Assembly (NCBI GenBank): GCA_030390025.1
Contig: CM059432.1
Location: 11,408,001-11,472,000, forward strand
Source: Squalus acanthias
Taxonomy: Eukaryota
DNA: 64,000 nucleotides
Direction: 5' to 3'
Shown here: piece after piece, positions 39,828 through 49,279 of the stretch
Numbering within the stretch: the stretch's first letter is position 1
Layout: each line of letters opens with the position of its first letter
Made by a program: the position numbers and the translations under genes
Notes under the pieces: model-generated
What the model was told of the DNA's origin: nothing
The model's input: the letters and a program-made list of their open reading frames with translations, nothing else
Databases searched by the model: none

Positions 39828-40623
39828 CTGTAACATTAAAAAGATCAGTTAATTGAAAATTATATCAAATTACACTTTTGCTGCATTCTGCCACACAACT
39901 AAACTGATCCATTATATGATCAAGGAAATAAAGTTCATTGGGTTCCTAACATTGTAATTACTTTCCCCCCCCCCCCACTCGGCACACCATTGCCACAACA
40001 CTCACGAGACATGTGGTCAATGCAGTGTACACTGAATGCAAAGATAGCAGCAATAAGGCCTTAGACTTACCAACTTATTTTCCACATATTTGGATAGAAA
40101 ACATACCATCTTCATGTGGTGCTCACTACTTCTCTCCTCATTTGCATCCACCAGCCGTACACTTGATAGTGGGAACATACTTTGCAGGAATATCCCGAGT
40201 GTCAAACTGCATCCCACCATCCTATCCCATTTTTTCCTTCTCCCTACCCACCCGTTTTCAATTGCCATCACCCAAGCTTCAGCAGCCGAGATGGTGCAAT
40301 AGTTCAGTTTGCAAAGTATGGCTCTCTATATTGACCCCTGGGTAGGGCCACACAGGCAATCTCAGGTTTTTCCCCTACATGAGAATTTCTTTTTGGGGAG
40401 GAGGTTCCAGCGGGGGGGGCTGCATGGTGGAAAGAGAGTAAGTGTTAATTATGTAGTGTAACTGGCAAAGGAAATATATACACGATGTAGGACTGACAGC
40501 GAGAGCAGTATGGCGAGTGTAACTGAATGGAGCCCTTCGGGTATTCAAGATAATTATAGTTAGATTACAGGGGTGGCATGATCTGGAATTAAGGGAATAT
40601 TTTGTACTTACCTTAATTCCAGA

Positions 40624-40800
40624 GAATGCATTCCCTGTAAGCTGTGCGATGTTCTGCGCGGCCTGTTTATTTCAATGCGCGATCCCTTTAAATTTCTGCA
40701 CATGCGCGGTATTTCCGATATAAAAGCTTGAGAGAGGCCTGCGCGGGACCTTGCAGATTACTGCGCGGCCACGCATGCGCGCAGCTTAGAGGGAACATTG
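40624..40800. mobile_element. Short MITE (hAT-like TIRs)
   Basis: AATGCATTCCCTGTAAGCTGTGCG ... CGCGCAGCTTAGAGGGAACATTG imperfect inverted termini. Confidence 0.6.
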
Positions 40801-40809
40801 CTTACAGTG

Positions 40810-43800
40810 CTTTAGGCGGAATCTATGCCGAAATTCAAGATTAGATTGGTAAGTGGATGAAAGAAAATGAGTTTAAGTGATATGTGAACAGGGTGGGTAA
40901 ATGGAAGAACTGTTTGTTCATGTGGAGGGTCAACACCAACAAGAACTGGTTGGGCCAAATAGCGAGTTTCCATGTTGTAGCTTCCATGTACTGTAGTTCC
41001 CTTAAAAAAAAAACTACCCTTGAACCCTTGGTCCTCGCAAACTACCAAATTTCCAACCTCCCATTCCTCTCCAAAGTCCTTGAATGTCTTGTCGCCTCAC
41101 AAATCCTTTCCCATCTTTCCCGCAACTCCATGTGTGCACCTCTCCAATCAGGTTTCCACCTCTGCCACAGTACTGAAATGGCGTTTATCAAACTCACAAA
41201 TGACATCCTATGTATCCATGATCATGGTGCACTATCCCTCCTCATCCTTCTCAACCAGTCTGCAGCCTTTGACACGGTTGACCACACTGTTGCCTAGCTG
41301 GGTGGGACTGCCCTTGCCCGGCTCCATTCTTATCTATCCAGTGGTAGCCAGCGAACCTCATACAATGGCTTCTCTTCCCGCTCTGCTAGCTCCAAAGTCC
41401 CTTAAGGATCTATCCTTGGCCCCCTCTCATTTCACATCTATATGTTGCCCTTCAGATAGAAGAGAATGAAAAAGAAAAATATTGTGGATACTGGAAATCA
41501 GAAAGTGCTGCAAAGTCAGGTCAGGCAGATCTGTGAAGAGGACAAGATATTTTAGGTATGGACCTTTAATTCACGGGATGTGGGCGTCGCTGGCAAGGCC
41601 AGCATTTATTGCCCATCCCTAATTGCCCTTGCGAAGGAGGTGGTGAGCTGCCTTATACAACTGAGTGGCTTGCTGGGACATTTCAGAGGGCAGTTAAGAG
41701 TCAACCACATTGCTGTGGGTCTGGAGTCACAGGGCGACAGATTTCCTTCACTAATGACAATCTATCCAGTCATAGCCAGCAAACCTCATACAATGGCTTC
41801 TCTTCGCGCTCCTGCACTGTTTCATGGTCACCATTACTGATACTAGCTTTTTATTCCAGATTTATTTAATGAACTGAATTTTAAATTCCCCAGTTGCCGT
41901 GGTGAGATTTGAACTCATGTCTCCGGCCTCTGGATTACTAGTCCAGTAACATAACCACTATGCTACCGTACCCTACATCAGATAGAGGAGACTGTCATAC
42001 CATAAAGGTGGGTTCATAGGATCATAGAATAGTTACAGCACAGGAGGAGGCCATTCGGCCCGTCGAGCCCGTGCCGGCTCTCTGCAAGAGCGCTTCAACT
42101 AGTCCCACTCCCCCACCCTTTCCCCGTAACCCTGCAAAATAGAACTACAGTGAAGCCCAGCACCTTCAGTGAAAGACCAGGCTCTAAACCAGTACTTCAG
42201 GCATATTATATAGAATTACATTAACAGCACAGAAAGAGGCCATTCGGCCCCACAAGTCTGTGCTGGTGTTAATATGCTCCACAGCAGCCTCCACCCACCC
42301 CCTCTTCATCTCAGCCCATCAGCAGAACCTTGTGATCATTGATTGAAGGCACATTGCTCGAGGAAATAGTTATTAGGACTTCCAGCAAGAGAGCTCGATA
42401 ATTAACAGGTGTCTTGTGTGATGCCCGGATTTCAAGGGTTAAGTTACGAGGAGAGATTACACAAATTAGGGTTGTATTCCCTGGAATTTAGAAGGTTAAG
42501 GGGTGATCTGATTGAAGTTTTCAAGCTATTAAGGGGAACTGACAGGGTCGAGTGAGAGAAACTATTTCTGCTGGTTGGGGAGTCTAGGACTAGGGGGCAT
42601 AGTCTAAAAATTAGAGCCAGACCGTTCAGGAGTGAAATTAGGAAACACTTCTGCACACAAAGGGTGGTAGCAGTTTGGAACTCTCTTCCGCAAACAGCAA
42701 TCGATGCTAGATCAATTGTTAATTTTAAATTTGAAATTGATAGCTTTCTGTTAACCAAAGGGATACGGGGCAAAGGCGGGTATATGGAGTTAGGTCTCAG
42801 ATCAGCATGATCTCACTGAATGGCGGAGCAGGCTCGAGGGGTTGAATGGCCCACACCTGTTCCTATGTTGCACCCAGAGAGTGGCAAGAATGTGGAACTC
42901 TACCACAGGGAGTGGTTGAAGCGAATCGTATCGATGCATTTAAGGGGAGGCTAGACAAGCATATGAGGGAGAAGGGAATAGAGGGTTACGCTGATAAGAG
43001 TGAGTACAGGAAAGACGAGAGGAGGCTTCTATGGAGCATAAACGCCGGCATCGATTGGCTGGGCCGAATGGCCTGTTTCTGTGCCGTATATCCCATGTAA
43101 TCTTATAATCATAGAAATTTACAGCACAGAAGGAGGCCATTTGGCCCATCGTGTCCACGCCAGCTGACAAAGAGCTATCCAGCCTAATCCCACTTTCCAG
43201 CACTTGGTCCGTGGCCTTGTAGGTTACGGCACATCAAGTGCATATCCAAGTACTTTTTAAATGCGATGAGGGTTTCTGCCTCTACCACCTTTTTAGGCAG
43301 TGAGTTCCAAACCCCCACCACCCTCTGGGTGAAAAAAATTCTCCTCAACTCCCCTCTAAACCTCCGACCAATTACTTTAAATCTCTGCTCCCTGGTTATT
43401 GAACTCTCTGCTAAGGGAAATAGGTCCTTCCTATCCACTCTATCCAGGTCCCTCATAATTTTATACACCTCAATTAAATCTCCCCTCAGCCTCCTCTGTT
43501 CCAAAGAAAACAACCCCAGCCTACCCAATCTTTCCTCATAGCTAAAACTCCCCAGCCCAGGCGACATCCTGGTAAATCTCCTCTGCACCCACCCCCCTGC
43601 CCAGCACAATCACATCCTTCCTGTAATAAAAACAGAAAATGCTGGAAACACTCAACAGGTCAAGCAGCATCTGTAGAGAGAGAAACTGAATTAACACTTC
43701 AGGTCAATGACCCTCCGTCAGAACTGGAAAAAATTAGAGGTTTTTAAGCAAGTGATGGGGCAGGGAAAGGGAGGAGAGGAGGAAAGAACAAAAGGGAAGG

Positions 43801-45165
43801 TCTGTGATAGGATGGAAGGCAGGAGAGATTAAAAGACAAAAGGGATGATGGTGCGAGGTGAAAGGAGATGGTAATAGGACAAGTTAAGAAACAAAAGATG
43901 ACTCTAAATGAGGTGTAAATGGGAATGGCAGAATGATCGACAGCTGCCATGTGAGAGAGAGAAAAAGAGGCCGAGAAAGAAGAACTTGCATTTATATAGC
44001 ACCTTTCACGACCACCGGACATCTCAAAGCGCTTTTCCTGTAATGTGGTGACCAGAACTGCTCGTAATGTCGGCTAAATAGATAGATTTTTAGACTCTAG
44101 GGGAATCAAGGGTTGTGGGGATCGGGCGAGAAAGTGGAGCTGAGGTGGATGATCAGCCGATGATCTTATTGAATGGCGGAGCAGGCTCAAGGGGGCCGTA
44201 CGGCCTGCTCCTGCTCCTATTTATGTTCTTAAAGGCGGCCGTATAAAAGGCCAGCGGCCGAGTTGACTCGCACTTTATGGGGGAAGGCTAATGGAATATT
44301 GGCCTTTATTGCAAAGGTTATGGAGTATAAAAGTAGGCAAGTTTTGATGCAACTTTACAGGGCTTTGGTGAGACCGCAGCTGGAGTACTGCGTACAGTTT
44401 TGGTCGCCATATTTAAGGAGGGATATACTTGCATTGGAGGCAGTGCAGAGAAGGTTCACGAGCTTAATTCCTGGGATGAAGGGGTTGACGTATGACAAAA
44501 GGTTGATACTCATTGGAGTTTAGAAGAATGAGAGGTGATCTTATTGAAACATGAGAAGTCGCACAACACCAGGTTATAGTCCAATAGATTTATTTAAAAT
44601 TACAAGCTTTCGGAGCTATCCTGCCCCTTCGTCAGGTAGAGTTACTGTGAGAGAATCTACCAGAATTCACAGAATATAAACACAGAGATTCAATCTTTCC
44701 CTACATCAAAGACACACTAAGAGCACAGCCAAGACAATGAGATGTGTCCCAGGGGGTCCAACGTGTCAAAACACCTGCTGGCTGCATATCCTCTCCATTT
44801 GGGTTAATTGGGCTTATTGAAACATGTAAGATTCTGAGGGGGATTGACAGGGTAGGTGCAGAGAGGATGTTTTCCCTCGTGGGGGAATCTAGAACTAGGG
44901 GGCATAGTTTCAGAATAAGGGGTGGCCCATTTAAGACGGAGACGAGAAGGAATTTCTTCTCTCAGAGGGTCCAGAGAGCGGTGGAGGCTGGGTCATTGCA
45001 AGTATTCAAGGCGGAGATTAACAGACATTTGAGCTACAAGGGAGTCAAGGGGTAGGGGGGGGGGGAAGAGAGCGGGAAAGTGGTGCTGAGGCCAAGATTG
45101 GATCAGCCGATGATCTTATTGAATGGCGGGGCAGGCTCGAGGGGCCGACTCCTGCTCCTGATGTT
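40810..45165. mobile_element. Dense mosaic of L2, CR1, SINE and Penelope-like fragments in PSMG2 intron 1
   Basis: L2 RT piece (NLPFLSKVLE..AFDTVDH, ~41010-41450); CR1 3' ends + (42440-43100, 44270-45165) and - (43105-43625); Penelope-type repeat 43625-43950. Confidence 0.75.
44554..44812 (-). mobile_element. Penelope-like terminal fragment inserted in a CR1, carrying a hammerhead-like motif
   Basis: 14-bp flanking duplication CTTATTGAAACATG (44540-44553, 44813-44826); minus strand CTGACGA-stem-GAAAGCTT followed by AATAAA. Confidence 0.7.
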
Positions 45166-45225
45166 CTTATGTAATCACAGGCTGTGAAAACAAAGCTTGA
45201 CCGTTCTCCGAATGCGGCTCCCTAC

Positions 45226-45294
45226 CATGATAAGTGTGTAACCGCGGAGGTTTCCACAGGCAGGCCCGGTGGGGATGAACAGCGCGCTCTCCAT
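45226..45294 (-). CDS. PSMG2: PSMG2 exon 1 coding part (MESALFIPTGPACGNLRGYTLIM)
   Basis: Kozak gccATGg; gtaggg donor; the seven exons sum to 807 nt (268 aa plus stop) in one frame. Confidence 0.9.
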
Positions 45295-46313
45295 GGCGGA
45301 ACCGAGGCCCGGGGCGCAGCAACTCGACAACCGCCGCTGTCGCGCTCCTGATGACGCACTCGCTGATTTCTTGGGAAGGCGGGCCGGGGTCCTTCCATCC
45401 CGACCAGCGCACCACACCAGACACCGACAGGCCCCTTTTTAGGCCTTTATGTTCATTTTTTGTTTAAAAAATTTTTAAATTTTAATTAGAAGAAGCTCGC
45501 TGCAGCTGTTTCTTTCCAAATCCACCCCAAGCGCTTGTGACTTTGTACAAAGAGCTGAGACATTAATTGTAAATAAAATGTTCAAATTTTTTTTTAAAAA
45601 GCCGTTCCCCGCTAAGCCGGGAATTTTTACATTTTTTTTTAAAGAAAAGTCAGGCAGTTGAAACGGGCAGGTTGGGGAAATTCCGCGCCAAAAGGTTCGA
45701 GCTGCTGCCTGCGCGGCCGTGGGAGGGGCATGGGGATAGAGGCGGAGCTTCGCGCGCGTTGGGAGGTGAGGCCAGGGATTGGTCGCCGTTGGAAAGAAAG
45801 GGGGCGGTGCTGATTGGCCGTTGTTCGGCAAGGGGCGGAGCTTGTTGGTCGTTGGGCGGAGGATGAGGCGGGGCCTGGTCGCCGTTGGGCGAGGGGGCGG
45901 TGCTGATTGGCCGTTGCGTGGAGGGGCGGTGCTGATTGGCCGTTGTTCGGCAGGGGGCGGAGCTTGTTGGTCGTTGGGAGGAGGATGAGGCGGGGCCTGG
46001 TCGCCGTTGGGCGAGGGGACGGTGCTGATTGGCCGTTGCGTGGAGGGGCGGTGCTGATTGGCCGTTGTTCGGGAGGGGGTGGGGCTCGTTCGTCGGTGGG
46101 GCGGTGCTGATTGGCCGTTGGGAGGCGGGGGCGATGCTGATTGGCTGTTGGAAGGAGGCGGTGCTGATTGGCCGTTGTTGGGAGGAGGGGGCGGTGCTGA
46201 TTGGCCGTTGTAGGAGGAGACGATTTTGCTATCGAGGCAGAGCCTGGTTGCCCGGGGTGAAGGCTGTTGAGGCGAAATATTCGGTTAAATATCCCCCTCA
46301 CCCCTCCAATATC
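45295..46313. promoter_or_regulatory. PSMG2/CEP76 bidirectional CpG-rich promoter and 5' UTRs
   Basis: Divergent ATGs at 45294 (-) and 46314 (+); high CpG density; multiple CCAAT and GC boxes. Confidence 0.88.
45770..46210. repeat. Minisatellite of GGGGCGGTGCTGATTGGCCGTTG units with 122-bp higher-order period
   Basis: CTGATTGG at 45810, 45903, 45932, 46025, 46054, 46107, 46137, 46164, 46197. Confidence 0.9.
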
Positions 46314-46376
46314 ATGTCGCTGCCGCCGGACAAGGCTTCCGAGCTCAAGCAAATCATTCACAACCAGCTTGCCCAG
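46314..46376 (+). CDS. CEP76: CEP76 exon 1 coding part (MSLPPDKASELKQIIHNQLAQ)
   Basis: Matches the CEP76 N-terminus MSLPPEKASELKQ; cag|gtgagc donor. Confidence 0.93.
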
Positions 46377-46465
46377 GTGAGCCGACCCTCCGCTCCGACA
46401 CACACCGGGGGAGCTGCGGCCGCGCTTTTCCTCCGACCTCAGCGGTGCTTGAGATGCAAGAAAGA

Positions 46466-47052
46466 CAGACTTTCTATAGCGCCTTTCACGACCACCGGAC
46501 GTCCCAAAGTGCCTTATAGCCAATGAAGTACTTTTTGAAATCTAGTCATTAGGAAACACAGCAGCCAATTTGAGCACAGCAAGACCCCACCAAACAACAA
46601 TGTGATAATGACCAGATAATCTTGTCTTTGTGATGTTGATTGAGGGATAAATATTGGCCAGAACACCGATGATAACTCCCCTGCTCTTCTTCGAAATAGT
46701 GCCGCGGGATCTTTTACGTCCACCTGAGAGAGCAGGCGGGGCCCTCGGTTTAACGTCTCATCCGAAAGACAGCACCTCCGACAGTGCAGCACTCCCTCAG
46801 CACTGCACTGGGAGTGTCAGCCTAGATTTTTGTGCTCAAGTCTGTGGAGTGGGACTTAGACCCCCACAACCTTTCTGACTCAGAGGTGAAGGTGCCCACT
46901 GAGCCACTGGCTAGCATTAGCCGTGCAGAACTAGCCCTGTCACGGAGTCTCAAATCCTTAACCCATAGTGCCCCCTTTTTTAAAGGGACATAAACAATGA
47001 ATTCTAAATTATAATAAAACTAACATTAAAAACTTTTAAATTATAATTTTAA

Positions 47053-47095
<43 letters not shown>

Positions 47096-48500
47096 GTGGG
47101 TTCAAGTCCCACTCCAGAGACTTGAGCACATAATCTAGGCTGACACTCCAGTACAGTACCAAGGGAGTGCTGCACTGGCGGAGGAGCCATCTTTCAGATG
47201 AGACGTTAAACTGAGGCCCCGTCTGCCCCCTCAGGTGGATGTAAAAGATCCCATGGGTAATATTTCAAAGAAGGGAAGGGGTGTTCTGGTCAATATTTAT
47301 CCCTCAACCAACATCACCAAAACAGATTATCTTGTCATTGTCATGTTGCTGTTTGTGGGAGCTTGCTCTGCATATTAAATGCATTTTATATTAAATAATC
47401 GAAGAAAGCAAGAACATTGCATTTATATCGTGTCTTTCATAACCACAGGATGTCCCAAAAAGCGCATCACAGCCAATTAAGTACTTTTTGAAGTATAGTC
47501 ACTGTTGTAATGTAGGAAACTGCAGCAATCAATTTGCCCACAGCAAGGTCCCACAGACAACAGTCAGGTAAATGACCAGAAATATGTTTTTTAGTGATAT
47601 GGTTGAGGGATAAGTATTGGCCAAAACTTCCCTCTTTTTTATTTATTGGTTCATGGGATGTGGGTGTCGCTGGCAAGGCCAGCATTTATTGCCCATCCCT
47701 AATTGCCCTTGAGAAGGTGGTGGTGAGCCGCCGCCTTGAACCGCTGCAGTCCATGTGGTGAAGGTACTCCCACAGTGCTGTTAGGGAGGGAGTTCCAGGA
47801 TTTTGACCCAGCGACGATGAAGGATCGACGATATACTTCCAAATCAGAATGATGTGTGACTTGGAGGGGAACTTGGAGGTGGTGGTGTTCCCATGCGTCT
47901 GCTGCCCTTGTCCTTCTAGGTGTAAGAGGTCGCGGGTTTGCGAGGTGCTGCTGAAGAAACCTTGGCGAGTTGCTGTGGTGCATCTTGTAGATGGTACACA
48001 CTGTAGTCACGGTGGGGCCGGAGGTGGAGGGAGTGAATGTTTAAGGTGGTGGATGGGGTGCCAATCAAGCGGGCTGCTTTGTCTTGGATGGCTATGCTAT
48101 GCTATGGGATCTTTTACGTCCACTTCAGTTTAATGTCTCATCCGAAAGCCGACACCTCCAACAATGCAGTGCTCCCTCAGTACTGAAGCAAAATACTGCG
48201 GATGCTGGAAATCTGAAATAAAAACAGAAAACGTTGGAAATACGCAGCAGGTCAGGCAGCATCTGTGGAGAGAGAAACAGAGTTAATGTTTCAGGTCGAT
48301 GTTCTGACGAAAGGTCATCGACCTGAAATGTTAACTCTATTTTTCTCTCTCCACAGATGCTACCTGATCTGCTGAGTATTTCCAGCACTTTCTGTTTTTA
48401 CTCCTTCAGCACTGCACTGGAGTGTCAGCCTAGATTATGTGCTCAAGTCTCTGGAGTGGGACTTGAGTTTACGACATTCTGACTCAGAACTGAGCCAAGG
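46466..48500. mobile_element. Three Deu-domain SINEs (46466-46910 -, 47053-47372 +, 47415-48500 -); the third is interrupted by a LINE 3' fragment (~47640-48090) and a Penelope-type insert
   Basis: A/B boxes and central domain recognisable in each; LINE piece matches 9190-9630 in reverse. Confidence 0.8.
48186..48400. mobile_element. Palindromic Penelope-like terminal repeat insert with hammerhead-like core
   Basis: Inverted arms ~48219-48301 and ~48315-48400; same repeat as the end of the GIY-YIG element at 58023; imperfect 14-bp flanking duplication CTCCCTCAGTACTG / CTCCTTCAGCACTG. Confidence 0.75.
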
Positions 48501-49279
48501 CTAAATGGAACTCAAAAATCCTGGTGGAACTTCAGAAGTCCAAAACCTGACTTTTAAATCCAACTTAGACTGATGGGCCAAAAGTCACTTCTTCTGTGTA
48601 AAATAGTGTTGAAGATTAAAGATCTGAGTTTAAGCGAACAATAGCAAAAAGTGGAGTAGATATGTAAGATACCAATAACATCAGTTTCACGGTGATATTC
48701 GAAAGATGATCCCAAAGTACAAAGTTTTCTTTTTCAGTAATGCATTTTTAGTATTTTTATCATTCTTTTCTCTCCTGTATTGGTCGCCTCCTGTACGAAG
48801 AGAATGAGCTGGAGAGCTCCCTGGATCGATCTTGTGATGCCGTCAGGAGGTGTGTGAGAATAATGAAGGGCTGTCTGACCTGGAGTAAGAGCGGGTGGAG
48901 CACCTGTCGTCTAGCTGCCTTCCGACAGCAATATCCTTGAGATTTAAAAAACTTGCTGCAAAGGAATTGAGGGCTCTAGCTACATCCTGCTGGAACAGAT
49001 CATGTATTAGAGGTCTGGTGTAACATGCTGTCTAGACGTACTCCCCTCAAGCTTTCTTCTTTCGAACAAATTTGTAAAAGCGTATACAGATTAACGCACA
49101 GAGAAAAATATTGACACTCGTCTTTCTAATACAAGTCCCTTTTTTGGAGTTGAGTGCTGGTTTTTTTTGGTTCCCACATACATAGATACATAGATACATA
49201 GAAGATAGGAGCAGGAGTAGGCCATCCGGCCCTTCGAGCCTGCTCCGCCATTTAATGAGATCATGGCTGATCCTTCAAT

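Noticed and set aside
41332..41810. ~50-bp direct repeat (41332-41380, 41760-41810)
   Set aside because: Both are L2-derived fragments within a repeat mosaic
45770..46210. Repeat array superficially like CRISPR
   Set aside because: Eukaryotic context, intervening sequences are short and themselves repeated, no cas genes
45639..46526. 294-aa and other ORFs with repeated TANQHR / GGAVLIGR motifs
   Set aside because: Translations of the GC-rich promoter minisatellite; only 46314-46376 is real CEP76 coding sequence
48720..49170. Unique-looking, mildly coding-like sequence beside the young CR1
   Set aside because: All frames I translated are interrupted within about 60 codons, with no recognisable motif or convincing splice sites
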